Below, one piece after another: positions 1-14,500 of a DNA stretch of 64,000 nt. Made by a program: the position numbers and the translations under genes. The stretch spans positions 1,426,001-1,490,000 of the forward strand of contig JADEYG010000001.1 in NCBI GenBank assembly GCA_016906335.1. Reading direction: 5' to 3'. The notes below the pieces were generated by a model. That model ran no database searches. It was not told the origin of the DNA and worked only from the letters and a program-made list of their open reading frames with translations. Every line of letters starts with the position of its first letter. Position 1 is the stretch's first letter. The stretch comes from Novakomyces olei (Eukaryota).

Positions 1-1623
1 GTACTCTCGAAACTATAAGTTAGGGGAAATTGGACGAAAACGTGATGCCGATCCAAAGGCATTTCTCGTGTCTCAAGTTCGAAGGTTAAGGCGTTCACAG
101 TATCGTAAACTAGAGACTAGCAAAGAGACGGATGTGGGGAGTAAACAAGGAGGAGGAAAGAAATAAAGAAAGGGACAATTGTGGTTATTCTTTCTATTCA
201 TCTTATTAGACCTTTAATGCCCTGAATAGGCTATAGTCATTTGCCGAAACGTATACTTGAGTCAGAATTTTTACAAACATAATTTTTGTGTAGAGTGCTG
301 GTTTTACTCAGTTTGAATATTAATATCGCATTGGAAATCTGTCAGAGAGCTGTCATCTTTAGTGTCCCGAATTTTGGCGACCCTTTACCCCTTTAGGTAT
401 GACGGTATCCAAAAGCGGTATCCGAATGACCCCGCGAAATCCGGAACGCTGTTTCGCCCGAAAAGGAAATGGCCACATTACTGGGATTTTCGCAAGGGTT
501 TTCTGAAAACTGCGAGCAGTTTCTCCCATATTTCCCCACATTTTACCTGCCCCTTCCCCACCATGATGAAATGCCCTTACGTCTTTATGCAGTCAATATA
601 CGGGAAAGCGCTACTGAAAGTTGCATATATGGCAGCAAACAAGTCGCTATATTCTATCTTTTGAAGATCCAGGATTCGAGAATTACAAAACCTTTTGGAC
701 ATAGAGACAGGCAGGTAGTTGTCGAATGTAGTAAACCTTGCTTTGGCATTTGGCATCGTTTATCTCGCCACTCGGAAATTTGCAGGGTTGATGCTGATTG
801 AGCCGGACGGCGTTGATCTCGTCTGACATGGGTGGAATCCGTTCTGTAAAAAGGTCGAAGATGAGCAAATAGCCGATGAGTAAGATTGATAATTCAAACA
901 ATTCTTTGATGTGAATTTGCCTGTGGTTTCGTTGTATAGCAAGAGCCAAATATCAGATCAGATATCAGACGCTATCGCTTCAACTTCCGCTAAATATTGC
1001 TTAATTAAGCTTTAAAGGTAAAATTTCGTGGTTACCGTTATTATGGTTAGAATAGTAAATTTTAAAGGGTTATCATAAACGCATTATAAGGTTGAACTCG
1101 CTTAAATTCGCTTAATTAAGCTATGCTATCATAAACAGATTCGGTTATGAAAAAGCGCGAAATACTTTAATGGAATGCGACGTTCTGTTTGTTGGCAGTT
1201 TTCGATGGCGGCATTGCACCAGTCAAAAAATTAGTAGAACTAGTCAGGCTAAGAGAATACAATTTTAGAGGCCTAAAAATGGAATGGCTAATCTTCATGG
1301 TTTCAATTGTGATCATAAATTTATGTTAAAAGCAAGGAAACACAAATACGATTGTGGCTAACAATCAGGGGTTTATATTGATGCTCAAGTCTAAAGTGCC
1401 TCACCTTCCTAATATCGGCAAGTAGAAAAATATAAACCCAAAGCCATTTCAAAGATGCTTTATTTGAAAGATCACAAAGGCGATTAAAGCAAAACTAGAA
1501 TACAGAATTTCGCATTGATATTTCTCGGAACGAATAAATGTTGATTTAACCAATAATTGAAATCGTGTACATTGAAGATTATATATGTTGTTTCATCAGA
1601 ACAGAAATCGCGTACAGCTAAAA

Positions 1624-1760
1624 ATGAAAATAAAAATAAAAATAAAAATAAAAATAAAAATAAAAATAAAAATAAAAATAAAAATAAAAATAAAAATAAA
1701 AATAAAAATAAAAATAAAAACAAAAACAAAAACAAAAACAAAAATAACAATAAAAATAAA
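1624..1760. repeat. (AAAAAT)n hexamer microsatellite grading into (AAAAAC)n
   Basis: Directly visible tandem array; it explains the low-complexity ORFs at 1484-1842. Confidence 0.97.
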
Positions 1761-1838
1761 TCAAATAAATCCTAAAGTCCTAAAATGCCTAAAAGCTGAT
1801 GCTTCCGAGAAAGAATCTAAAGGAAGAATTAAATCAGG

Positions 1839-1853
1839 CTAACCCTAACCCTA
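1839..1853 (+). repeat. Interstitial telomere-like repeat CTAACCCTAACCCTA (2.5 x TTAGGG on the minus strand)
   Basis: Exact sequence seen; preceded by degenerate CCTAAA units. Confidence 0.7.
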
Positions 1854-1857
1854 GAAA

Positions 1858-4746
1858 TCAAACTTTTGCTTGGGCTTGCACGACGCCACTAAATTGAAAG
1901 TAGTCGTCGGTAAAGACACACTCCTCTGGTTTTTGGCCCATGAGCCCAATGTACCGTTCGCCGTTAGCGGCAATGTCATCGAATGCAGTTTCATTGGCTG
2001 CCAGGAACAGACGCGGTGCCGAATCCGCAAAAAGGCAGACAAAGGGCAGGTAAACTTGTCCCTTTGTATCAAGGCCTACAATCTTTTGAGATTCAGAGTC
2101 CTGATAGAGGATTGTCAGATGGCTGTTTTGAGGAATAGCCCTTGTCTCTGCGAATCGCAAGCGGCTGACACCGAACGCTTGCAACTCATTTCCGTAAGAG
2201 TGCAACACTCTATCGTGCGAGTCAAAGGCAATTTTACTCGAGTCGGCGGCAACAAACTCTATTCCGGTGGCAGCTAGTTCCTGTGACTCAGATGCTGATT
2301 TTGAAGCTGATTCAACGCCAGTGACGTAAATGTTTCCATCGCTATTTGGTGATAGCATGTAAATTCCGTCCGCAGAGACAAGGCGGGTCAATACCGTGTC
2401 TTGACCTTGTGCCATATCAATTTTGTCTGGGTATTCTCGCTTGTAAAGTCGAAGGCAATGGCCATACTTGGGACCATCCCATATCGAGAGATCTTTTTTC
2501 GTTTTTGACAGGGCAGTCAAGGACAGAGTATTTTTTATTTTCAATTCCAAATCGACCCCACGCTCACACGTGCTTTCGTTTTGTGATGTGTAAGAGGCAC
2601 TCAAGTACAAAGACGGCCTGTCCACCAAGGCTACCTGTGATTTAAACTTGCCATTCAAAAAGCTAAGACCGAATGCCAATTGGATTTCCAGGAACATGTC
2701 GCTGGTCAATTTTACAGTCGCTAAGGGTTTCCAGATCGGCACAACATTGGGTGTCCACCCACCACTCGTGGAAAGATCTTTGTTGCCCAAATCAATGTGC
2801 GTAGAGATTTCCGGCCATTCCAGCTTGACTCCGGCCATGAGCTGCCCGGCCAGATCGACCTTGACCCCGGCGCCGACGCTTAGTGTTACCTCCGGTCCGA
2901 GAACAAGGACGCCCGGGATTGCAAAGTTACTTAGTGGCAGGGACCCAAGCTGAAGGGACTTGCTTTTCTTAAGTGCCATCGTGCCGTCTATGCCAATAGC
3001 CAGCTGCGCCATCAAGCTACCTTTCAGATCCATGATTCCTTTAGTGATACCATTATCAATGGTGAAGGAAAATTGAGCCTCGAAGGATGTGTCAAGTGAA
3101 ATTCCACAGTTCACACAGTACAGTGCCAATTTATTCGTACCGTGATCTTCTTCAAACAAGCTAACACCCTTTTCACCAAACGGTGTATCTTCATCGGCCC
3201 AGATGCGGGAGAAACGGAAAGACGCTTCGATTTTTTTGTCGCTGAGCATATTGTTGATATTTTTTTTGACATTTTTCGTTATTTGTAGAGTCTTCCGTTT
3301 GAAATATTCCCAGATTGCTCCGCGTTTTAGCAGTATGTGACCAACACGAGAATGGGCCACAGGCACTACTTCTTGGAACAGGCCGCTTTCTTGGAAATTT
3401 TCCAGACCGTATGAATTGTCTAATTGCTCATCGTAGGCACCAGCATTTGCAGTTTCAGTGGAAGAGTTTACAAGGCCTTGAAGGCCTCCAATTCTCCAGC
3501 CGTTCATGGACAATGTTATTTCCTTATCACCTCCCACATAATCTTCAAAGCTAATACGCTCAATCTCGAGCGCAATTGCCTTTTGTTCATGTTCGAGTGC
3601 AACTGATTTGGTTAGAGCGTAACCACGTTCGCCCTGGCTGCGTGCAGCACAGCCCTCATGGTTCGTAACGACTACAAAAGGTCCGGCTGATTTCCAATTG
3701 TCAAAGGCTGCCTCTAGAGCCGCCAAAGACGTAAAAGTAATATGTGCAGAATTGTCGTCGCAAGTAACGGCTTCCACGTGATCACTGTTCTCCAATTGCA
3801 CTGCTGGGTAATTGGCCGAGGGGACGCTCATATGAACTTGATGGGGGCCTTTTTGGTCCGGCGGAGAAGTGAAAAAGAAGCGCTGTTCATCGTGAACAAA
3901 CAGTGTTTGCAGTTCAGAGGTATCGACCTCTGGATCTGTAATTGCCAAAAGGTTTACGATCTCGTTTTTGTTTGGCCGCGAAGAGGAAGGATTTTCCTCT
4001 CCGGACTGAGTACTGATTTTCGGATTTTGCTTATCGTTCACTTTTTCTTGCCCTTGTGGAACATTTTCGTCTGGAGCATCTCCCCTTGTATTTTTGACCC
4101 AAGTCGAATTATGCAGCAGAGGCAGCGTGGTATATCTTTCATCAAGAGAGCTGTTTTCCGGATTAATGTGCGAATCATTTCCAAGTAACAGGGTGCCGTT
4201 CGGTAGAACGTGGGATGATACACTTTCCTTTTCTGGACTTGTCAAATTACCCGAAAGGGTTAAATCGACAGGGATTTGAGAAGTATTGTGTAAATTGGCC
4301 GATAATGTTCCGTTTTTAGGCAATTCTGGCAAGATGGTTCCTTTACCGCTTTCCTGTGTTAAGGTGGCTAGCGGATAAGTTTCTGTGGGCAAAATGTTTG
4401 TGTTTGCCGTCAAAAGACCTGTTTCTTGTGCGAAGGACGTTGGTGGCGCCTGAGAGCCGCTTTGCGATATATTTTTCAAAGCCGCAACAGTGAATTCATT
4501 TTCATTGGTGGAAAAAGGCAACTTGGATGCAACAATTGTTGATGTCAAATTGGCTTTTGTACTTGCAGAGTCATCGGGCACAGAAAAAGAACTTTCTGCC
4601 GATAATGTTTCAGATCGTTCAAATGCAGATAGCGTCGATATGTCCGAGCTAACACTAGTGGCGTTTAAATAGCGTGGTGGCAGCAAAATATTAGCATGAC
4701 ATTCGCCAAGCAATGCCGCTAGTGCGAGAGCAGAATAGTAATACAT
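1858..4746 (-). CDS. Large secreted fungal protein (962 aa): signal peptide, S/T-rich N-terminus, conserved Cys-containing beta-rich domains (DUF7029/DUF7223-like)
   Basis: Intronless ORF; hydrophobic N-terminus MYYYSALALAALLGECHA; many N-x-S/T sites; motifs VTC...FVVVTNHEGC...GERG and LYCVNCG typical of this fungal family; KR dibasic sites. Confidence 0.8.
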   Translation of the reverse strand: MYYYSALALAALLGECHANILLPPRYLNATSVSSDISTLSAFERSETLSAESSFSVPDDSASTKANLTSTIVASKLPFSTNENEFTVAALKNISQSGSQAPPTSFAQETGLLTANTNILPTETYPLATLTQESGKGTILPELPKNGTLSANLHNTSQIPVDLTLSGNLTSPEKESVSSHVLPNGTLLLGNDSHINPENSSLDERYTTLPLLHNSTWVKNTRGDAPDENVPQGQEKVNDKQNPKISTQSGEENPSSSRPNKNEIVNLLAITDPEVDTSELQTLFVHDEQRFFFTSPPDQKGPHQVHMSVPSANYPAVQLENSDHVEAVTCDDNSAHITFTSLAALEAAFDNWKSAGPFVVVTNHEGCAARSQGERGYALTKSVALEHEQKAIALEIERISFEDYVGGDKEITLSMNGWRIGGLQGLVNSSTETANAGAYDEQLDNSYGLENFQESGLFQEVVPVAHSRVGHILLKRGAIWEYFKRKTLQITKNVKKNINNMLSDKKIEASFRFSRIWADEDTPFGEKGVSLFEEDHGTNKLALYCVNCGISLDTSFEAQFSFTIDNGITKGIMDLKGSLMAQLAIGIDGTMALKKSKSLQLGSLPLSNFAIPGVLVLGPEVTLSVGAGVKVDLAGQLMAGVKLEWPEISTHIDLGNKDLSTSGGWTPNVVPIWKPLATVKLTSDMFLEIQLAFGLSFLNGKFKSQVALVDRPSLYLSASYTSQNESTCERGVDLELKIKNTLSLTALSKTKKDLSIWDGPKYGHCLRLYKREYPDKIDMAQGQDTVLTRLVSADGIYMLSPNSDGNIYVTGVESASKSASESQELAATGIEFVAADSSKIAFDSHDRVLHSYGNELQAFGVSRLRFAETRAIPQNSHLTILYQDSESQKIVGLDTKGQVYLPFVCLFADSAPRLFLAANETAFDDIAANGERYIGLMGQKPEECVFTDDYFQFSGVVQAQAKV

Positions 4747-5786
4747 GGCACAGATAATGATGAGGCAATTGCTCTTGAGTGTTCACAATGCTGAAAGCTG
4801 AGGCAGAGAGCTGCCATTTTATAATGCAGCGAAAACCAATGATGGAGGGCAGTTTGAAGAGCAGGTGAATTGATCATCGCTTTTCCAGGGAAAGTTGGAG
4901 GTTGCGACAGCTCAAGGAAGACAATCTGAGGTGAGGCTGACGGTATTTTGGTCTTGTTTAGCTAATTTGATAACAATGACCTAAATACAAGAAGTAAATA
5001 TGTTGGGCCGGGTGACAAATTAACGGTGATCTTGGCCAAAATGCAAATCATTGTTAAGAAATGGTGCAAAAAGGAGCAAATGTTTTGTTCATCAACCTCA
5101 AGGAGTCATCTGCATTGCTCATTGTTAGGGGCTTATGCTGGAAACTGTGTAGTTAAATTGCTGTAAAAAAGGCATCGTAGCCATTAATATATCATATAAC
5201 CTTTGATTTTTCCGAGTTTGCACTGCAAATGTGGCTTATTGGAAACATAACTGCAAGCCTACCATAGTAGCAGGTCAAGAAATCAAAGTGTCTTTAATAT
5301 TTGAACGTACATTTATCGTCAAAATACGCCGCTGGCAGGTCGTACTTCGTTACACAAATTAGGCTCACAGATTTAAATAGCTTCAATTTTTTGACGTTTT
5401 ACTCTGTCGTCTATTGCCACGATAAAGTGCAAGTTAAACAATGTATTACCCTAATACTTATTATGGTATGTACGATGCTTAGTTGATAAACATGATAATG
5501 TATTATAGTAAGTGTAAGTAATACGCTTAAAGGTCGAATATGCTTAATTAAAGGTTAGATCTGCTTTTGTCTCACGTAAGCTTTATCTTCCGATAAAACA
5601 GCACTGATAAAATATAGAGTATTTGCCACACATACTATAATGCTCAATAGTCGCCGGTGACTTTAACAAATATTGTATAGTAGTTAACGTGTAACATTAT
5701 AGTACATTGTACGCAGCGTTACACATTATCAGTCTGCTATTAAACTTTAGTTTTTTGTTCCCCGCAAATAATAATACAATGCCGAT

Positions 5787-8608
5787 ATGAGGGCAGCGTC
5801 TTTGTGGCAGCAGCACCTACGCAGCTCTGTGCCTCTTGCAATAGAAAAACTTCCAGCACTAACTTTAGATGTACTTAGGCAGACCGTATCAAAGTACCAG
5901 TCTCATCGACGCGGAATTTCGCGGGGCTTTTGGCTCGTGCTGCTCATTGCTCTCTTGCGGCGTCTCAAGCATGCGATCGAGGAACAGACGGAACCCGAGC
6001 CCCAAACGCAACGGAATAGTGATGGGCGTGCTGATGTGAACGCTGCGTTTTTCCATAAACTGGCTCGTCTGCTAAAAATAATTTTCCCTCGAGGTTCTCG
6101 TGCCAAGGACGCTGGCCTGATCGGCGTCTATACTGCTTTCTTAATAACACGCACCGGTATATCGCTCTATGTCGCTACTTTGGATGGAAGAGTAGTTTCA
6201 TCGCTGGTAACCTCTTAATACTTGAATTATTTTGCTTCAGACAGGAAATAGATCTAATGCACACCTTGTTGTAGGTTAAACGACGAAGACGAGCGTTTTT
6301 CTGGTCCCTATTGTACTGGATGCTAATAGCTGTTCCTGCTACTTTTACTAATTCGATGGTAAGCTAGCTCTAGATTTTTTTATCTAATTTTTTTTTGTCG
6401 CGCACCTATTCAAGTACGGTCTTTTTTCTCTAAAGATTTGTATTGTTCGCGTTCAAATTGCAATGTTTCTGGTCTATTAGAACATCATAAATAAATAATA
6501 TATTTAATGTTCTTCTTTTGTATATTTGCCTCTTTTTGCGTTACCCGGCCCAGTGGGATTAAACATAATCAATCTTCTTTCCATGTCTAACGCTGCAGCT
6601 ATCATATTTACAAGGCGAGATTGCCCTTCTTTACCGCACGCGCTTAAACAGTTATATAAACGAACGGTACTTATCCAAGAACACGTTTTATGCTATTGTA
6701 AATCTTGATGACCGTATCAAAAACGCGGATCAATTGATAGCAGTGGACGTGGTAAAGTTTAGCCGCTCTCTTGCTTCACTATATGGGAATCTGGCTAAAC
6801 CGATCCTCGATATAGTCTTGTACAACTGGCAGCTAGCTCGTAATGTCGGCGGGGAATCCCTACTTGTTATGTCAGCCTTGATTAATCTGTCTGCTAACGT
6901 CATGCGGGCGATGACTCCTCCATTTGGAAAATACGTGGCCCGGGAAGCTGAGCTAGAGGGCTCCTTTCGTCATCAGCATGGACGCGTCATTGATTCATCA
7001 GAGGAAATCGCCTTCCAGCGCGGTTATAAATATGAAAAAGATGTGTTGGATATTGGCTACTTTTCCCTTATTAGACATGTCAATAAAGTGCTGCGAAGGC
7101 GACTATGGCATTCTATGGTTGAGGATTTTGTTATAAAATATTTTTGGGGAGCACTAGGGCTTATTGTTTGTGCTGTTCCTGTTTTTTACAAGGATTCAAC
7201 AAACGCGTTTGTCCAGACGGACACTACCAGGGCTTTTGTCACGAATAGACGATTGCTTGTTAGCTCTAGCGATGCTCTTGGACGGCTGATGTATACGTGG
7301 AGGCAAATTATGCTTTTAGCTGGTTATACAGAACGCGTATCCTCTTTTATCGATGTTATGGAAGCAGTTAGACGCCGAGAATTATCAAAATCTTTAATTT
7401 TGGCTGGCGAAGGATATCAAAACTCAACGGTTGAGTCAAAGAAAGACCTTCTGTCGAAAAGAGGCGAAATACTCCAAGGCAACAGTATTGAGTTTGATAA
7501 AGTTTCTGTCATATCTCCAAATGGAGATGTACTGATCCCGAGTTTGTCTTTTACAGTGGAACAGGGGCAGCACCTTTTAATCACAGGGCCCAATGGGTCA
7601 GGGAAGAGCAGCCTTTTTCGGATTCTCGGCAGCCTATGGCCTGTATATGGTATGATTTGCTGGATTTTGAGTCTGAGTAGGCTTTAATCTTACTCTATCT
7701 TCATTTTATGTTTTTCAACTTTTTATTTTAATTAGTTTGATTTGTAATTTTATAATATTATTTTAAATGTTTTTAATTTTTAATTTAGGCTCTCCTCCCT
7801 CCAATCTCTTTATTACCATTCGCTTCTAATACTAATGCCCAAGGTGGCCGCCTGATCAGGCCTGCATCGCGGGATATATTTTATATCCCTCAAAAGCCTT
7901 ACATGTCTATCGGCACTCTGCGTGACCAGATCATTTATCCTGATAGTCATGAAAGGATGTTGGAACTGGGAAAAACTGATAAAGATCTCGACGAAATTGC
8001 CAACACTTTAGGCTTGACTGGCCTTGTTGCACGCGAAGGAGGATGGGATTCTATTCACGAGTGGCGGGATGCTCTGAGCGGGGGCGACAAGCAGCGGGTA
8101 AGGCGACTTTATTTGAAATCAATTTCTATTTGTATATTTTACTTACTATCGCTCAAAAAGATCGCTGCTGCACGATTGTTTTACCATTGCCCAAAGTATG
8201 CGATATTGGACGAGTGCACGAGTGCTGTCACTTTAGAAGTGGAGAAGACAATATACTCCCATGCAATTGCACTTGGTATAACGCTAATGACGGTTTCGCA
8301 TCGGACGAGTTTGTACCAATTTCATCGGAAAATACTTTGCGTAAGTAGAACCAAGATAAGCATTAGTGTTGCTGTATTCAATTTGTTTACACTTTCACTG
8401 CCATTTTTAAGATGGCGCTTTATTCTGTTTTATCCCTACTGACCTTTAGTTTAATGGTCAGAAAGGTTATACATTTAGACCTTTGGTAGCGGGGGAACGC
8501 GTGCGTATGGAAGAAGAAAAGCAGGCCATTGAAGTCGAACTGGCTCATATGGAAAAGACGCAAGAGCGTATTATGATTTTGAGAGAGAGTTTGCAAGACG
8601 GCGGATAG
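5787..8608 (+). CDS. PXA2: Peroxisomal ABC transporter, subfamily D (PXA2-like half transporter), about 6 exons
   Basis: Predicted exons approx. 5787-6206, 6275-6358, 6599-7649, 7843-8097, 8161-8340, 8450-8608; EAA-like SEEIAF, Walker [10 protein letters not shown], signature LSGGDKQR, Walker [10 protein letters not shown]. Confidence 0.88.
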
Positions 8609-8690
8609 CAATTGAATTGGGAGAGCACATATATGTATTTAAGAGAACATCTGTATTTAAATGAATTTTCTTTTTTAGAGTAAATTAATC

Positions 8691-10375
<1,685 letters not shown>

Positions 10376-10825
10376 TGTTATAGTGTGCGAGAGAAAACGC
10401 GTTGGGACGCGGCACTGCGCCTGCCACGCTCGGGTTGCTTTTGTGCGTTCTCGCGTTTATAATGTATTATATACTTACTTGTTTGGCCAGATGATTCAAA
10501 TGGGACAGGATATAAGTATAATAAATAAATATATACATATAAATAAATAAATAAATAAATTGTTGAAGGTAAATCGAAGTGTCTAGGGTTATTCAGAGTT
10601 TACTCTCTGTCGTAGATCGAGTTCTTGTTAGTTGAGGGGTTTATTGATTTCGAACCAAAACATAGGAAGAGAAATAACCTTAATAAAACCTTTGAGACAC
10701 AAAACATTTTCAACATAAATTAATTAATAAACAATCAATTAATCAATTAATTAAAAACATATAATAATTATAGAGTGGCGTAAATTCGTGAACAAAAGAA
10801 CCGTCAAAAAGCGCACACCACAATT

Positions 10826-11174
10826 ATGTCTACAGATCAACTAAGGGCGCACGCTCAATTGGAGCATTTGCAAGCGCGATACGTGGGCGTCGGCCACCCA
10901 GACACAACTCGATAGTAAGCGCTCTTTCTCAGATCAATCTAAGATCAATCTAACGTTTAGTGAATGGCTTTCAAACCAGCATCGTGACACCTTTGCTTCT
11001 CTTGTCGGTCACCCTTCGCTATTAACGTACATGTCGGTAGCTCAAAATGAGCGTGAAGAGCGGTGCCGGCTAAACTTTTTGGAGGTAATATTTGAACGAC
11101 GCAGTTTATTTGTATTAATGGTGTAGAAAATGGTTCTGCCTTGCGGACCACCGCCACAGAAGGCCGACTACTAG
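10826..11174 (+). CDS. SF3B5: Splicing factor 3B subunit 5 (SF3b10/Ysf3), 3 exons; missed by the ORF track
   Basis: Spliced translation MSTDQLRAHAQLEHLQARYVGVGHPDTTRY|EWLSNQHRDTFASLVGH...FLE|KMVLPCGPPPQKADY; GTAAGC and GTAATA donors, CTAAC branch. Confidence 0.93.
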
Positions 11175-11573
11175 GCTTGTTTTTGCTTTAGCTTTGGCCA
11201 ATTTTTAAACGATTTGTATGATGGAGAGCAGACGCTCATCCGAGACGGTACAAGTGCACTCAGATTTTGAAATGTATTACAGCACTTGTGATCGGTGATC
11301 TTCCCTACGGCCTGTTCATCCAAACGCTAATCCTCTTATCGAATGAACGATTATGGCGTATATATTATGGTCAATTTCGCAAGTCTAGTAGCATCGCCCT
11401 AAGCAAGCAGGTCGACTACTTTAGCCCGATAATGCTATGGGTGAACAAGCGGCGCTCGAGAAGCACGGTTTCAAATCCTCATTATGACTAGTAATTAAAA
11501 CTAAAATAAAACCATTATTAAAAACAATAGCCAGTGTATATGTATCATGTATGTCACCAGAACCCACAAACAA

Positions 11574-14500
11574 TCAATGCAAACTAAAGTACTCTTGAAA
11601 ATGCTCTTCGTGGGCGAGCATTTCCCTTGCTACCTTCCACATGTGCAAAACCAGTAGCGGAAATCGGCTTGTAAAATAGTCACTGAAACCATCGGGTATC
11701 GAGCCAAAAGCTGCCTGCACATGAGCTGGTAGATCAAGATAATGATGACGTTTATTACGAAGGGCTCGTAATAGGTCAAGCACCTTTTTGCCATCGTATT
11801 TACGGTACTTGCCCAAATTGTCAACCACGCATTTGTCCAGACGACGATGATAATCCGTGCCCAAAATATCTGGTGCAAAAGCCTCCAGTCGCTGAATCAG
11901 CAGAGACGGCGGATCTTTAGTTTCGCCTTCAGACCGGTCAGAGATATCCATCAAAAACGAAAGCTTTTTGGCCGGTGACCAGAAGAACGGGTGCTGCAAA
12001 GCCTCTGTAGCATTAGGCCGTTTTTCCGGCTGCAGGCTGACCATTTGCTCAATCAGATCTGTTGCCAAAACACCTTCTTCCCCGAGTCCCTGGAGATAAG
12101 AAAGATCCTTTTCATCCTTCAAGATATTGCCCTCCCTCAAATACTGGTTGCCATAAGGATGGTCTCCGTTTGTCAGAATATAATAAAACAGACATCCCAT
12201 GGCGAAAATGTCAATTGCCTGTGTAGCCCGGCGGTGTGAGACTACGGACCTAGAAGCGTCAGTAGTAGGACCGCCACCACTACCGCCACTACCATCGTTT
12301 TGGCTGCTACCAGACTCGTTCTTGTTATGGTTATTGTTGATATTTATACTGATGGCGGCCGAACAGCTTTCGTTTAACAGCTCAGGAGCCCTCCAGCCCG
12401 AGGTCCCCGCAGCATGAGCCGTTGTAGCTCCAAAGCTCGACTGATTATGTTCCAACTTCTTACTCAGGCCCAAGTCTGATATCCGTATAGACAGCTCTTC
12501 GCTCTGCAGACTACCCAGCTGCTTTCTCTTCTTGGGAAAGGCCACCAAAACATTGCCCGGCTTGATGTCCCGATGAACCAGTTTTAGCGAGTGAATGTAC
12601 TCTACTCCCGAGGCAATTTGCCTGAGGACTTCTTTCGCGTTCAAGCTGGGTTCTGTATTGCCCAGTAGCTCTGCACGCCGGCCCGGCCTCTCAATCCAAT
12701 CGTACAGAGAGCATATGCACCGTTCCAGAGCCATATAGACGAACCGTGGCGTATTTTGGGTGCAATAGTACCGAACAATATTTGGGTGCTCATCACTCTG
12801 CTGTAACAATTTGACTTCGTGCAGGGCAATCTCTACACATTCTCTCAGCATCCGTTTTACCGCAATTTCTCGGCCCTCCCAGTTGCCCTTGTACACAAAA
12901 GTGCCATTGCTCCCAGTGCCTAGGACCTCGTCTGTGATCAGGAGATTGTTTAGCCAGATATGGCCATCGGCACTGACCCAGCCATAGTCGTCATCTGCCG
13001 CTCGTGGCGTCAGATCCGCTGAAGCGGCTGCGGCCGTCGTTGCAACAGAAGAGGCAGCAGCAGCTTCCATATCGTTATCGTCAGCGACGAGCGCGTCAGT
13101 CGAGTCCGCCGGTCTCGATTTCTTGCCTTTCTTGCCACGGGCACCTCTGCGTTTACGGATCCGTTGCGTCTCTGACACGGGCGACTCCAATAGAGACTCG
13201 GACGGAAGCGGATTTGGTTCCAGCTCTTGCCGAGTTTCAGAGACGGGGGCCCGTTGGCCCGTGCCGACACTGGTCTCTGGTAAAAGTTGTACAGGAGTCT
13301 GCTCTGCTACAGGACTGGCGGAAATTGTGCCAAGTGCCGAGGCCGACTGTGAGGCAATAGGGTCCTGCAGCACTGTCTCCTGAGCAGTTTGAATGTCCTC
13401 CACTTGCGCAGGCGCCAGTGGCACTTGCAGACTGTTAGCGGCACTAGTTTTAGCGCTGCTGCCAGTTCCACTGTCCCCCCTCTTTGCTACTATTGCCGCT
13501 GCTGGATCAAGCGGGTCGGCAAACCCTACACGTAACTCTCTCTGTGGATCGAGCGAGTCGTGTGCCGCACGGAGGGCAAAAGAGGCAGAGTACCGGTAAA
13601 ACAAGGCGAAAACGATAGCAGTAAACATGCCGCCCGCTACAAAGAGCAAGATCCCGTTCTCGTGTGCACGAAAGGGTGAGGAGAAGGAAGAAGAAGAAGA
13701 AGAAGAAGAAGAAGAAGAAGAAGAAGAAGAGGAAGAGCGAGCTTTGTCTGGCACTGTCTCGTTCTCGGCAGAGTCCAGTAGCGGAATATTAAAAGGCAGC
13801 TCGTCGAGTTTATCGACATAGTGCTTGCCCACCAGATCATCAAGGCGGTGGGTAGAGCGCAGTTGCTCAAGGTCCTTTGCATACGAGTACCATTTGGCCA
13901 GCGGCAGGTTGCGCACGTAAGGGAACTGTGTGTCTGACAGGGCATAGAGGCCGCCCTGGGCAGTGAGGCCGACGTAGACGCAGGGCAGGGACTGCTGCTC
14001 AGCGGCACTGTCGCCGACAAGAGACTGCTCTTGCCGGCCCACCGTCTGCGGCTGTACGAGAGCAATCCGTTCAGTGTACCCAGAGGCATTTGCCTCGTAC
14101 ACGTCAAGCACCTGGAGCACTGGCGAAGGCAGCATTCGTGTCCATAGAACCTTTGAGGCATCACTGCCATCGTGCAGGGCCACGATTCCGTTTTGCAACG
14201 TCACAATTACAGGCTCACTGCTGCTGCCACTGCTGCCTTTACTACTACTGCCTTTACTACTACTGCCTTTACTACTAGTGCCACTACTAGTGCCACTACT
14301 AGTGCCACTACTAGTGCCACTACTAGTGCCACTTCCACTACTACTGCTCTCGCGTGCCCGCTCAGCGAGTTCAGTGTCGAGGATACTGCTCGTCCATTCG
14401 GCAAAAGACGTATTCCACAGCCGCGTAAAATCGTCGACTACGGCCACCGTGTACCGCACGAGGCCAATGCCCAGAGCAGAGGGCTGTGCCGGAGCACACT

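Noticed and set aside
581-756. Minus-strand ATG-initiated exon (MPNAKARF...CIKT) ending at a GTAAGG donor
   Set aside because: Could not join it to a credible downstream exon within the window and recognised no homology; left unannotated
1484-1842. Low-complexity ORFs (LF/KN/IK repeats); likewise ORFs at 9627-10049, 28612-28842, 48011-48516, 56268-56553 and 61782-62235
   Set aside because: Translations of microsatellites, not genes
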